A stretch of 64,000 nt of DNA from Candidatus Eremiobacteria bacterium (lineage in GTDB: Bacteria > Vulcanimicrobiota > Vulcanimicrobiia > Vulcanimicrobiales > Vulcanimicrobiaceae). The stretch is taken from positions 2,112,001-2,176,000 of the forward strand of contig CAVTRC010000001.1 in NCBI GenBank assembly GCA_963737065.1. The letters are read 5' to 3'. This document shows, piece by piece, positions 20,755 through 31,275 of the stretch. Made by a program: the position numbers and the translations under genes. The notes under the pieces were generated by a model. The model did no database searches, had not been told where the DNA came from, and worked only from the letters and a program-made list of their open reading frames with translations. Numbering within the stretch: the first letter of the stretch is position 1; each line of letters opens with the position of its first letter.

Positions 20755-22308
20755 GTGTGCAAAGTGTTCTGTGTCGCGCTTCTCATCAGCGCACTGCTCC
20801 CATTGTCCGTAAGATCGGAAACGCTCGACGCGCTGATGGCGCGCGCGCAAGCGAGACATGCGATTGCAGGCGGCGAAGTGTATGATCTGGATACGCAAAA
20901 GGTTCTCTACGCACACAATGGGCAGCAGTACATGGAAGCGGCTTCGAACACCAAATTGCTGACAATGGGCACGTCGCTCGCGCTGCTCGGTCCTGATTTC
21001 AAATTCACCACGCCGGTCTATCAAACGGGCGCGCTCGACCCTTCAGGAACACTGCACGGTGACGTCGTGCTGGTCGCGAGCGGCGATCCGAACCTTTCTC
21101 AGCGCGTGCGGCCCGACGGCACGCTTGCGTTCATGAATTCCGATCACGAGGACGCCGGTTTTCCAGATGCCGCCGCAGTTCCCGGCGATCCGTTGCTCGT
21201 GCTGCGCGAGCTTGCGAATCAAGTTGTGAAGTCGGGAGTGAAGCGTATCGAAGGCCGGGTCATCGTTGATGCCTCGCTGTTCCAAGCTCAAGGAATCGAA
21301 CTCGAATCGTCGGTTACGCTCACGCCGATCGTGGTGAACGATAACCTTGTCGATATCATGATGAAACCGGGTGCAAGGCCCGGCGATCCTGTTTCGATAT
21401 CGGTCTCGCCGCAAACGCCGTACGTCACCTTTGTAAACAAGATCACGACCGGCGACGAGGGATCCGAATTCCTCGCCGGCCAGGACGACGTTGCGAACGC
21501 CGACGGAACGCGTACCGTAACGTTGACCGGTACGATTCCGCCGCATACGCCGATGCTGCAAGTCTACGCGGTCGCCGATCCGACGCGGTTTGCAGAAGCC
21601 GCCTTTGCGATGGTCCTCAAAGACGCAGGGGTGGTCATCGACACTCCGGCGTCCGCGAAGCCGTTCTCGCATGACGAAGCGATGGCATCGTATGTGGCGG
21701 CCAACCGCATCGCCGAGCACGTCTCGCCGCCGCTTTCAGAAGACGTGAAAGTTACGCTTAAAGTCAGTCAGAATACTCACGCCGCAATGCAGATCCCGTT
21801 GTGGGCGGTCTACGTCGCGCATGCGAGAACCGACTTCATGAAGGCCGGGTTTGCGCAAGAAGCGGGGGTGATTGCGAAGGCCGGACTGGATCTGAATTCG
21901 GCGGCTCAGCAGGACGGTGACGGATCCGCAAGTTTTTATACGCCGGACTTCCTCGTGCACTGGCTCGCGTGGATTTCGCGTCAGTCCTGGTATCCCGCGT
22001 TCCACCGCGCGCTCCCGGTTCTGGGTGTCGACGGCACAATCTACGACGTACAAACCAGTTCGCCCGCGAAAGGAAAGGTCTTTGCAAAAACGGGCACGAC
22101 GGGACCGACGGATTTGCTGAACGATCGCATGTTGATGACCAAGGCGCTCGCGGGGTACACGACGACGCGCAACGGCCATCACGTTGCCTTCGCATTTTCG
22201 GTCAATCGGCTCCCGGGACGCATGAGCTTGTATGCGAACAAAGACATCTATCATTTTGCCGCGGAGCTCCTCGGTTCGATGGCAACCGCAACGTATGTCA
22301 ATTACTAG
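20755..22308 (+). CDS. dacB: D-Ala-D-Ala carboxypeptidase/endopeptidase (PBP4, S13)
   Basis: Signal peptide; SxxK (ASNTK), SQN, KTGT and SGDP motifs. Confidence 0.9.
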   Translation: MCKVFCVALLISALLPLSVRSETLDALMARAQARHAIAGGEVYDLDTQKVLYAHNGQQYMEAASNTKLLTMGTSLALLGPDFKFTTPVYQTGALDPSGTLHGDVVLVASGDPNLSQRVRPDGTLAFMNSDHEDAGFPDAAAVPGDPLLVLRELANQVVKSGVKRIEGRVIVDASLFQAQGIELESSVTLTPIVVNDNLVDIMMKPGARPGDPVSISVSPQTPYVTFVNKITTGDEGSEFLAGQDDVANADGTRTVTLTGTIPPHTPMLQVYAVADPTRFAEAAFAMVLKDAGVVIDTPASAKPFSHDEAMASYVAANRIAEHVSPPLSEDVKVTLKVSQNTHAAMQIPLWAVYVAHARTDFMKAGFAQEAGVIAKAGLDLNSAAQQDGDGSASFYTPDFLVHWLAWISRQSWYPAFHRALPVLGVDGTIYDVQTSSPAKGKVFAKTGTTGPTDLLNDRMLMTKALAGYTTTRNGHHVAFAFSVNRLPGRMSLYANKDIYHFAAELLGSMATATYVNY

Positions 22309-22498
22309 ATCTCGATTCCAGCAATAACGACGGCACGAGCCTGACCGCTCCGAGGACGCTGGCTTAGCGCGTTGCCGCGGCGCGAGCCGATGACATCCAT
22401 GTTCACCCGCAATAGTGACGGGCAGCGCTCCAGGAATCGAAACGTAGGGGTTCCCCCCCATGCGAGCCGCGCACGATGAACGCTATCATGGGGTCGCT

Positions 22499-23842
22499 AT
22501 GACCGTTCACTTTCGCACGCTGATTGCAGCGCTCGTACTCTGTGCGTTATCCGCGCTCGCGTCGCCGCGTTGGGCCTTCGCCACAACGAATTCTGCGTTC
22601 CAAACTACGGCAAATCCCGGCGGCGGCACGATCGTTACGGGAACGTTGGGCCGTTCGTCTCTGCCCGCCGCGACTGCCGCGTTGATGCGACGCGTCCATG
22701 CCGAACTCGGTACGCGACCCGCGATCGTGCAAGTCGCGCTGGACCCGCGCGATCAGTCCGTTGCGCTGCTCTTCACCGCCGCCCGAAACAGCACGCGGTA
22801 CACCGGCGTGGCCATTGTCACGACGAACACCGGCGGACAAGCCGCAGGCGCGGCGTTATATGACACCGCGTCGCGCTTTCACACAACGGTCGGCCCAATG
22901 ATGCATCGCCTCCAAGGAATAACCGTCCCCAGCCAGCCGAATACCTCGAACGGCAATCAACGGCTCGCGCCGGCGGAACAATTGATCGCGCACAGTTTTC
23001 CGGATGGTACGGGAAGCATCAGCATTCCCGCCGATTGGGCGCTGAGCGTCGCCGGCGGCGGCAGTGCATCGGCGAACAGAACGTCCGGCGGTGCACAAGT
23101 TTCGTACAACATGCACTTCACGGGGATCGATCCTTCGAATCCGCGCGCGCAATGGTTTCTGCGCAGCGCATCACCGCTCGCGCGTCAAAACCTGCACGGT
23201 GCAATCTTGCAATATACGACCGATGCCGCACAAGCTTGGGTAGCGATGTATACCGCGCTTGCGAAGCAGCGCGGGATGCAGGCTCCGCAGATCCGCATAA
23301 CGAGTTCGACATCCGCGGGATCGGGCGTGGCTGACATCGCCGGAACGCTCGGCGCCGGTGCGAAAACGATCGACTTCATCGCGCACGTGTTTGTTCTGCC
23401 GCCCAATCCCGACGGGATGTGGACCCTATCCGACAGCCACATTTTCTTGAGCCGCGCGCAGTTTGCGCAGCAGGCTCAGACGGCGAATGCGGTATTGAAC
23501 AGCGTGCGTATCGACTTCGGCGCGGTCGCCGCACAGCAGGACGCGATCCGCAAGAGCTTCCAGAAGAAATTCGAAGATGAGATCGCCAATGACCGAGCGC
23601 TCGATGCCGCGCGAGCGGAACGAACCGATGAGGCACTCGCCAGCGACCGCGCAGCCCAAGAAGGCATGCATAAACAAGCCGTTGCGATGGAGAACTATTC
23701 GCTAGACCGAGCCGTCGTCATCAATACGACCAACGGCGTGCACAGCACGGTCGACTCCGACTTCGCGGATACGCTCGTGCAGGCGAACCCAAACTACCAG
23801 AAGGTACCGGCAGCAGATCTTCTGCGCGGCGTCGACTACTAA
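22499..23842 (+). CDS. Hypothetical secreted protein
   Basis: Long ORF with signal peptide (ending AFA) and coiled-coil-like C-terminus. Confidence 0.75.
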   Translation: MTVHFRTLIAALVLCALSALASPRWAFATTNSAFQTTANPGGGTIVTGTLGRSSLPAATAALMRRVHAELGTRPAIVQVALDPRDQSVALLFTAARNSTRYTGVAIVTTNTGGQAAGAALYDTASRFHTTVGPMMHRLQGITVPSQPNTSNGNQRLAPAEQLIAHSFPDGTGSISIPADWALSVAGGGSASANRTSGGAQVSYNMHFTGIDPSNPRAQWFLRSASPLARQNLHGAILQYTTDAAQAWVAMYTALAKQRGMQAPQIRITSSTSAGSGVADIAGTLGAGAKTIDFIAHVFVLPPNPDGMWTLSDSHIFLSRAQFAQQAQTANAVLNSVRIDFGAVAAQQDAIRKSFQKKFEDEIANDRALDAARAERTDEALASDRAAQEGMHKQAVAMENYSLDRAVVINTTNGVHSTVDSDFADTLVQANPNYQKVPAADLLRGVDY

Positions 23843-24541
23843 GTGACGTTGCCGGTGGATACTACGAAGACGTGGCGGTTCGGTATCGCGACGCGCGTTG
23901 TCCTCGGATTCTTGTCAGTATTCATGTTTGCAATCGCCACACTGTTATTCAGTTTGCCGCCGATGTTCGGTCAGGACATCGGCGGTGACTCGATCGTCGT
24001 GGTTGTCGCGGTTATAATCACAGGATTCGGTATCTTCGCGACGTTCGCGCTTGTCGCTTCCGTCCGGACCCACGTTACGCTTGGTGCATCGACGCTAGAG
24101 GCGACGGTCGTCGACGGACACAGCTGGTTCTTGATGCCGCACTTTCGTGAAGTTCGGCTGCCGTTGTCCGACATTCGTTCGATCGAGCGACGCACCGAGA
24201 TATTCCGCACGCTCGGTCTGCTGACGATGCGCGATGCGTTGTCCATCGTGACGGTCGACGGCGAGCGCATCGGGTTGTTCAGCAACACGCTAGGAAACGC
24301 GAGCACGCTGCCGCTCGATGAGGTTGCGTACGCGATCGCTGGTGCTATCGGCGTCGCGGTGACCGACGACGGCACCGTGCTAACGAAGGGATCAGGGCTC
24401 TACGGGCAAGCGTCGTCATCGTGGACGGAAACGCCGCTCGGCGAATTGGCTGCAAAGAAAGAGCGCCGCATAGTGATTGCCACGCTTCAAATTTGCACGA
24501 TATTATTGCTGCTTACGTTCGCAGTTCGCGCGTTCATTTGA
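23843..24541 (+). CDS. Hypothetical membrane protein (2 TM, PH-like soluble region, C-terminal TM)
   Basis: Starts immediately after the previous stop; hydrophobic segments. Confidence 0.7.
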   Translation: MTLPVDTTKTWRFGIATRVVLGFLSVFMFAIATLLFSLPPMFGQDIGGDSIVVVVAVIITGFGIFATFALVASVRTHVTLGASTLEATVVDGHSWFLMPHFREVRLPLSDIRSIERRTEIFRTLGLLTMRDALSIVTVDGERIGLFSNTLGNASTLPLDEVAYAIAGAIGVAVTDDGTVLTKGSGLYGQASSSWTETPLGELAAKKERRIVIATLQICTILLLLTFAVRAFI

Positions 24542-27212
24542 TTGTCGTGGATCGATTTCTCAATCCTCTGCGCGACGAGATTCCAAGCTTTCCAAAGATC
24601 GAGGCCAGATGTTTTTCGACGGTCTTGTGACTGATTGAAAGGTCGCGTGCAATTTCGAGATTCGAGTCGCCGCGCGCGGCGCGATTCGCGACCTCTCGCT
24701 CGCGCTCTGAAAGAATTTCGGACTCGCTGGCGCCGTTTGCTCCGCTGAGACGCTGCACGTGATAGACAGCACCGCACCGCCGGTAGATCGCCTCGGCGGA
24801 CGCGATCTCTCCCGCTAATTCCCATGCAGCAGCTTCCAGCAGCGGCAAACGCAGCCGGTGAAAACCTTCTGCTGCAGCACGCGCGAGCAGCGACGTTTCG
24901 CCGTCGTCGCCGCGACGTTGATGTTCAAACGCGTCGAAAAGCGCGAGCGCCGGACGTTCCGGTAACTCGGTAGGCGCTTGCGCAGCCCGGGACAGGTACG
25001 TGCGTGCCGTTTCGCGATCCTCCGGTCTTCCGTATCGCCCAATCGCGAGTAACGTTAGCACGTTCCCGCGCATGAGTTCGCATTCGGGAAGCACGTCGTG
25101 AAGAAGCGCTGCAGCCTCGTCCTGGCGATTACGTCGGACAAGGATCTCTGCGACTCCAGCGCCGGACTCGATTTCGAGTTTTCTGACTTTTGAATCAATG
25201 CCGTCAAACCACTTTCGCATCATCTCGTCGTCGCCGAGGTGAGCAGCGACGATTGTTCCCCAAGCGGTCGCAAACGTAAAGTTGACGTGGTTCTCAGTCG
25301 AAACCGGAATCGCTTGAACGCTCGCGCGCGCACGTGCAAGATCGCCTCTCATGAGATGGCAGAGCGCCGCAAACGCGTTGCAGTTTTCCTCGGCGTACGG
25401 GTTTCGCGCCGTTTTCGCGTCTCGGAAAGCAGCGTCGAGGTGCTGGAGTGCCAACTCGTGCATTCCGAAAAAAGAGAAACACATCGCGCCATTGAGATGC
25501 GCGGCAACAATGCCGCGGACCGACTTCATTGCGCGTGCCCTTTCAACCCACGCCGTATGCTCGCGCACGAAGCGCTCAACGTCACCAAACGTCATGGCGA
25601 CCCATGCGGAGATGTTGTGAAAGCGCAGCTCGATGTCGTTGGCCTCGGCAATCGCGCGGGGATCGACGTGCTCGAGATGCTTCGAAGCCCGGCTCGGAAA
25701 CCAAAACGTTGCCGCAAGCCATGCCAAACCGAGATGGACCCGGCTTCGAGCGAGGTAATGGCGTTGATCCAACCGCGCGAGCAACGCTTCCAGCGGTGCG
25801 GTCGGCTCCGGCATGCCGGACGTGTAGGCCATGATAGCAGCTTGGACGCGACACGTGGCCTCGCGCTCATAGTCTCCGGCTTCGCTGAAGAACTCGGCGG
25901 CCGCAGCGTACGTTCGCTGTGCCTCGTCGGTCCAGGTAAGCGCGATACGCGCTTCGGCAATCTTCTCCAAAAGCGAACCACGCGTTTTCGAACCCAAACA
26001 CTTCGCATCGAGCGCGCGTTCATAAAACGCGATAGCAGCTTCATGAGCATACACGTGGGCCGCTTCATCGCCGGCCAACTCGTTATAGTGCGTCGAGCGG
26101 GCGTCATCGCCGCACGCCCACCAATGATAGGCAAGCTGTTCGATCGATCGTTCCGCTTCCGGTGCGCGCTCGAGTGCGATTGCGAGCGTTTTGTGCATCG
26201 GGCGAAGCTCAGAATCGAGAAAGCCGCCATAGATCGCTTCTCGTGTGAGCGCATGACGAAAACGGAAGCGCATCGGCGCAACTTCTTCGATCAACTGGTA
26301 GTCACGGGCGCGGCGCAAAGCCGAAAGCGTATACTCGCCGTCTGTCGCAATGGTCGAAGCGAGCAGCTCGAGGCTGAACGTTCGGCCGATTACCGCAGCT
26401 TGAGCGATAATACGGCGCTCATCATCGTCGAACGGACGCAATCGTTCGAGCAATGTTGCCCGGAGCGTCTTGGGAATGTCGATGGGCGCTGAGTCGTTTC
26501 TCGTGCTTCGCTCAACGGCGTTCTTGAGAAGTTCTTCCGTAAGATAGGGATTGCCCTCCGCGACCCGCGCGATCGCACGCCGAGCCGTATCGGGGAGCGA
26601 GATGCCGGAGAGCGCTCCGTCTATGAACGCGCGTAATTCGACTCCCGCGAGAGGCGCGAGCTGTATCGTACCGGCGCTCGCGTATCGCGTGAGGGTTGCA
26701 ATTCGTGTAGTCGCAAAGTGTTCCGGCGTAAGGTCCTCGAGACGATACGACGCGATGAGCAATGCGCGCATGGACTGCAGTTTTGTTCCGAGTGATGTGA
26801 GTGCATCTAATGTGGCTGTGTCCGCCCAGTGCAGATCCTCCACAATGATGATCGTGCCTTTCCGCGCCGACACGGCTTCAAATCGCTCGACAAGAGCATC
26901 GATTTGTTGCTGTCGCGACGCGGCGGGAACGATGCCTGAAAACTGTGGATCAATGCGCGAAAGCGTTTCCGATACCGCGCCATACGGCTGCCCGCCGAAC
27001 TCGCGACAGGTAGCTTTGGCGATGAGCCATCGTGAGTATGCAAGAGGTGCGCAGAATTCCGAAATAAGACGCGATTTGCCGACGCCGGCATCCCCGGCGA
27101 TCAGAACGCAGCCGCCATGGGAGGACGCAGCCTCGCGCCGGCGCTCGTGAAGATATGCGAGCTCGTCGCGACGGCCGATGAACGCTCGGCATAGCACCGG
27201 ACGCACGATCAC
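24534..27212 (-). CDS. STAND/AAA ATPase-LuxR transcriptional regulator (MalT/LAL-like)
   Basis: Walker A GDAGVGKS, VEDLHWAD, GNP, FRHALTREA, helical repeats and C-terminal LSEREREVA..SNLEIA..ISHKTVEKH. Confidence 0.92.
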   Translation of the reverse strand: MIVRPVLCRAFIGRRDELAYLHERRREAASSHGGCVLIAGDAGVGKSRLISEFCAPLAYSRWLIAKATCREFGGQPYGAVSETLSRIDPQFSGIVPAASRQQQIDALVERFEAVSARKGTIIIVEDLHWADTATLDALTSLGTKLQSMRALLIASYRLEDLTPEHFATTRIATLTRYASAGTIQLAPLAGVELRAFIDGALSGISLPDTARRAIARVAEGNPYLTEELLKNAVERSTRNDSAPIDIPKTLRATLLERLRPFDDDERRIIAQAAVIGRTFSLELLASTIATDGEYTLSALRRARDYQLIEEVAPMRFRFRHALTREAIYGGFLDSELRPMHKTLAIALERAPEAERSIEQLAYHWWACGDDARSTHYNELAGDEAAHVYAHEAAIAFYERALDAKCLGSKTRGSLLEKIAEARIALTWTDEAQRTYAAAAEFFSEAGDYEREATCRVQAAIMAYTSGMPEPTAPLEALLARLDQRHYLARSRVHLGLAWLAATFWFPSRASKHLEHVDPRAIAEANDIELRFHNISAWVAMTFGDVERFVREHTAWVERARAMKSVRGIVAAHLNGAMCFSFFGMHELALQHLDAAFRDAKTARNPYAEENCNAFAALCHLMRGDLARARASVQAIPVSTENHVNFTFATAWGTIVAAHLGDDEMMRKWFDGIDSKVRKLEIESGAGVAEILVRRNRQDEAAALLHDVLPECELMRGNVLTLLAIGRYGRPEDRETARTYLSRAAQAPTELPERPALALFDAFEHQRRGDDGETSLLARAAAEGFHRLRLPLLEAAAWELAGEIASAEAIYRRCGAVYHVQRLSGANGASESEILSEREREVANRAARGDSNLEIARDLSISHKTVEKHLASIFGKLGISSRRGLRNRSTTIK

Positions 27213-27334
27213 AACTTCTAAAGTTGGCCGCTTTTCGTGAAGTGCCTACACGGACGGGATAGTCAGCGCCTCCCAAAGCTTGCGCTAGCTTGCCGATGCA
27301 ACGGGCACCGCTGCAAGGCTTTGCGAGACGCGGA

Positions 27335-27784
27335 TTACATCGATCCCTGCTTGACCGGGAGGTTCGTCTGTGGACCTTCGCCGGCTACTTCCTCTATCGT
27401 TTCGCCTTTAGCCATCGACCAATGATGCACACCAGCTGGGACGTTGATGAACGACCCCGCAGGAAAGACGCGTGCTTTGCTCTTGTCGATCTTGTCACCG
27501 GTCCCGAACAAGAGCGTCCCTTGCATTACGGTGATGTATTCGGGATGCGCATGATAGTGAGGCGGATTGCTGTAACCGTCCGGCATCTTCACGCGTACGA
27601 TCGCAAAGCCGGTTTTATTCGGATCTCCGGTAAGCGCCGCCGCGGAACTGCCTTTGCTCGTACCCGTTCCGGGCACCCAATTGAGGCTATTCGGGGTGTA
27701 GTAAGACGGCGCGCTTGCCGCCATTACCACGCCTCCGGCGGCTATCAGCGACAGCACGAAAACCATTGGAGTATAGCGTGACAT
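27335..27784 (-). CDS. Secreted cupin domain protein
   Basis: GAGGAG RBS, signal peptide, PPHYH..E and PAGVHH cupin motifs. Confidence 0.85.
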   Translation of the reverse strand: MSRYTPMVFVLSLIAAGGVVMAASAPSYYTPNSLNWVPGTGTSKGSSAAALTGDPNKTGFAIVRVKMPDGYSNPPHYHAHPEYITVMQGTLLFGTGDKIDKSKARVFPAGSFINVPAGVHHWSMAKGETIEEVAGEGPQTNLPVKQGSM

Positions 27785-28033
27785 CAGTCCCTCCTCAAAA
27801 CGGCATGAACCCGTGTCAAGATGGTAGAGCGCAAGTGAGGAATTTCTGGGGAACGGCACGAGCACGTTGCCCATCACCTCGTAGCGCGCCGAGGAGCAGG
27901 CTCGATTTCAAATGCACGCGATCTGATTGCTTTGCCGTCACTACACCGGGTCAAACGACAGCACAGCTTGTCGCGAGCACGCCTTCCGACCGCTTGCAAT
28001 GAAAGCAGCGGCTACCGGTAAACCGGAGACTCG

Positions 28034-29164
28034 ATGCTCGATCGTGTCGTTATTGCGCCGGACAAATTCAAGGGCAGTCTAACTGCTATGCAGGCCGCTC
28101 AAGCCATTCAACGCGGTGTATCGACCGCTGCGCCGGAGACGCAATGTCAATTGTGTCCGATGGCGGACGGCGGCGAAGGGACCGTCGACGTTTTTTTAGA
28201 GCGCGGCGCGCAGCGCCGTGTCGCGCGCGTTCGCGGGCCGCGCGGGGCTGCGATTGATGCGACGTTTGCTTTCACCGGTGACACGGCCGTGCTGGAAATG
28301 GCGAGCGCGTCGGGGCTCGCACTGCTCGAACCGTCGGAATACGATCCAACGCGGACCAACACGTTTGGTACCGGGGAACTCGTGCGTGCGGCACTCGATG
28401 CGCAAGCGCGGCATCTCATTATCGGTATCGGCGGTAGCGCGACGAATGACGCGGGGACCGGGATGCTCCGCGCGCTCGGTGTTCGATTCCTCGACGGGTC
28501 AGGTTGCGAAATCACCGATGCGATTCTTGCGTACGAACGGCTGCAATCGATCGATCTGCGAGGCATAGACGAGCGAATCGCTCGCGTGCGAATCGACGTC
28601 GCGGTTGACGTCGATAATCCGCTTTGCGGCGAGAACGGCGCGTCGCGAACGTTTGCTGCGCAGAAGGGAGCGACGCCGCAGGACATCAGAAAACTCGACC
28701 GGGTGCTCGCGCACATTGCCGACGTTGCAGAGCGCGAACTTCACCACGATTACCGCAACGCCCCGGGCGCCGGTGCAGCGGGAGGACTGGGTTTTGCGCT
28801 CGTCGCGTTCCTTGGTGCAAAACTCGAACCGGGCGTCGCGATCATCGCGCGGGAGTGCGGACTGGATGACCTATTGGACGACGCATCGCTCTGCGTGACG
28901 GGCGAAGGGAAGATCGATGCGCAAACGCTTCACGGAAAGGTGGTCGACGGTGTCGCAAAACTCGCCGCTGTGCGCGGCGTGCACGTCGTCGCTTTTGCCG
29001 GAGCGGTCGAAAAAGACGCCGCTGATACGCTGGCGGATCGAGGAGTTGACGTCGTACAGATCGGCCCGCCCGAAATGATGCCTGAGGAGTCAATCCGTTC
29101 CGCGTCGACGTTGTTGCAATCTGCGGCAGCGGCGGCAACGCGACGCGTGTTAGCGGCGCGCTAG
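28034..29164 (+). CDS. glxK: Glycerate kinase
   Basis: IAPDKFKGSL, PMADGGEGT, GIGGSATND, GAGAAGG and TGEGKID. Confidence 0.95.
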   Translation: MLDRVVIAPDKFKGSLTAMQAAQAIQRGVSTAAPETQCQLCPMADGGEGTVDVFLERGAQRRVARVRGPRGAAIDATFAFTGDTAVLEMASASGLALLEPSEYDPTRTNTFGTGELVRAALDAQARHLIIGIGGSATNDAGTGMLRALGVRFLDGSGCEITDAILAYERLQSIDLRGIDERIARVRIDVAVDVDNPLCGENGASRTFAAQKGATPQDIRKLDRVLAHIADVAERELHHDYRNAPGAGAAGGLGFALVAFLGAKLEPGVAIIARECGLDDLLDDASLCVTGEGKIDAQTLHGKVVDGVAKLAAVRGVHVVAFAGAVEKDAADTLADRGVDVVQIGPPEMMPEESIRSASTLLQSAAAAATRRVLAAR

Positions 29165-29544
29165 CTTTCCTTCGTTCGCGAATCCATTCGCCTGAGCGTC
29201 TCTGCTAAGACGACGGCTTGATTGTACTCTCGATCTTTCGCGCCGAAGACAAGCGTGATCGTGCGCGATTTGGCGGCAAGCCGCAAAATAGCGCGCAACC
29301 CTTCACGGGTGTCGGGATCGCGCAATTCTTCTTGGTAACGCGTCTTGAATTCCGGCCATCGACTCGGGTCGTGCGCGAACCATTTGCGCAGGCTCGTGCT
29401 TGGCGCAACGTCTTTCGCCCAAAGCTTCAGGTGAAGATCTTCCTTGCTCACGCCGCGCGGCCACACGCGATCGACGAGTACGCGCACGCCGTCGCCTTTC
29501 TCGACCGGATCGTATGCGCGTTTAATCCGAATCGTGTGCTTCAC
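29161..29544 (-). CDS. DUF488 (YeaO-like) protein
   Basis: IKRAYD..DGVRVLVDRVWPRG..APS..LRKWF.HD. Confidence 0.9.
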   Translation of the reverse strand: MKHTIRIKRAYDPVEKGDGVRVLVDRVWPRGVSKEDLHLKLWAKDVAPSTSLRKWFAHDPSRWPEFKTRYQEELRDPDTREGLRAILRLAAKSRTITLVFGAKDREYNQAVVLAETLRRMDSRTKES

Positions 29545-29675
29545 CGTCTCAAGGTATCCTCGTTATGGCCTCAGCGGCCGGGGCGGCGTTGAGGCGGGCG
29601 CGAACAGTAGGTCGTTTGGCGTTCATCCCGGTATTGATTGCTTCATACGCTGCGGCGTGAGCGAAGGAGTTTGGC

Positions 29676-30140
29676 TTGACTTGGATGCCGCGTCCGGGCA
29701 TTGATTCGATCGACGACGTCGTTTGGCTGCCGCGAATGATTGACAAGGCGCGCCGGGTGGAGCAACTCGGAAATGGTACGCGTCTCGTCGATGGATACTG
29801 CTACGGCGATAACGACTTCATCGACAGCAAAGTCTTACGATTTTTGCGTACCGACGATCGAACGGTGTCGGAGATCGTTCGGACGCATCCCGAAGACGAT
29901 GAAGCGGCACGTATCATCATAGAGCGCAGCGGGCGCACGCCGGACGAATGTCGTGAGTTCAGTAGATCCATCACGCGAACGTTCCAAAACTTCGCACTCA
30001 TGGCCGCAGACGAAGGCACGTTACCGCCCGGTTTCAAGACGTCGGCGCTTCGTTTCTTTTACAATCGCCTGATGATGCCGATCGCATATTCGGCGTTCCG
30101 GCGTGCCGAGCAGAAGCGTCGTTCGACAAAGAGAGAATGA
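29676..30140 (+). CDS. DUF5069-like protein
   Basis: PR...WLPRMIDKAR...Y.YG...D..LRFL. AAGGAG RBS. Confidence 0.7.
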   Translation: MTWMPRPGIDSIDDVVWLPRMIDKARRVEQLGNGTRLVDGYCYGDNDFIDSKVLRFLRTDDRTVSEIVRTHPEDDEAARIIIERSGRTPDECREFSRSITRTFQNFALMAADEGTLPPGFKTSALRFFYNRLMMPIAYSAFRRAEQKRRSTKRE

Positions 30141-30156
30141 CGGCACCGTCGGCGGA

Positions 30157-30825
30157 TTAGCACTTACGCGTGAGGTTGTATTGGCCGCTCAGGTGCTTGC
30201 CGTCCGATGAAAGTTTCTCGCTGTGATTGCCATAGTACGTCAGCGTCGCCGTGAGCCCACTCAGCGCCCAGTTGCCGGAAACGCCGTCGCTCGCTTCGAG
30301 ACCGCCGTTTCCGTCCAGCTTCATCGTAAGAGAAGGATCGCTATCCGACTGCCATGTGCCGGCAAGGCTTTGCGTGTTGCATCCGGTGGGAACGACGACC
30401 GGTGTGGGTGTCGGTAACGGCTTTTGCCCTTTGCCGGAAAAGTTGTGCGCGAGGTCGAGGCACAAACTGTCGGCATCGTAGGGACTGTTTGGCGTTTCTA
30501 CCGCGCAGGTGAACGTTACGGCATAGCCTTTACCTGACGGAAAGCAATGGATCGTCCCCGCTGCAGCGTTCGCAGATTGTCCCGTTCCGCCGATCGGACC
30601 GGTCGCGACGTACTCATGACTTCCCGACGCGGATTCCGCCGGGTTTTGAAGATATTTGCTGAGCGCCGCCTGCGCCTTTGTGCCGCATTCGTCGAGCCTG
30701 CCCGTCGGAATCACGTAGCGAATGCCGGTCGAAAGATCGACGGCTGCGGGCGCAACCGTACCGCTCGCGACGATACACGAAAGAAGAAGAACGGCGAAGA
30801 GTGCACGATGTCTGCCTAATGCCAT
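30157..30825 (-). CDS. Hypothetical secreted Cys-containing protein
   Basis: Signal peptide, 4-Cys domain, PT linker and small beta domain. Paralogous to the upstream gene. Confidence 0.7.
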   Translation of the reverse strand: MALGRHRALFAVLLLSCIVASGTVAPAAVDLSTGIRYVIPTGRLDECGTKAQAALSKYLQNPAESASGSHEYVATGPIGGTGQSANAAAGTIHCFPSGKGYAVTFTCAVETPNSPYDADSLCLDLAHNFSGKGQKPLPTPTPVVVPTGCNTQSLAGTWQSDSDPSLTMKLDGNGGLEASDGVSGNWALSGLTATLTYYGNHSEKLSSDGKHLSGQYNLTRKC

Positions 30826-31238
30826 GACGGAACTCCACTCACCGCGCCTGCCGTCGCAGCATTGAATGCGGTCGTGATTTTCGTGCACAACGCATTGGCG
30901 GAATCCGCGTTCGGCGGCACCTGTACCGCACAGGTAAACCCGGTGTGGTATCCGCCGGCATCCGGATGACATTCGATCACCGCGGTTGCGGCGATCGACC
31001 CTTCAAGCTTTTGGACGCCGACCCATTCGCCCGAACCGCTCGCCGTTTCGTTCGCATCCTGCATGACGCTTGTGAGCGCATTCTTGGCGCGCGTCTCGCA
31101 GTCGCTGAACGGCTTGTTCGTAACGGATGCTTGCGGGGCGACGACGAGATCCAGTGCGGCGCTTGCAGGCAAACTGGCAAGGCCGACGTTCAGCGCGAAC
31201 GCACCGATTATAAGCGCGCCGCGATAGCGGGAGATCAT
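30816..31238 (-). CDS. Hypothetical secreted Cys-containing protein
   Basis: AAGGAGG RBS, signal peptide and 4 Cys. Confidence 0.7.
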   Translation of the reverse strand: MISRYRGALIIGAFALNVGLASLPASAALDLVVAPQASVTNKPFSDCETRAKNALTSVMQDANETASGSGEWVGVQKLEGSIAATAVIECHPDAGGYHTGFTCAVQVPPNADSANALCTKITTAFNAATAGAVSGVPSWH

Positions 31239-31275
31239 AATGCTGGCGGACCCTCCTTGATCCGGGGATTTTGCG

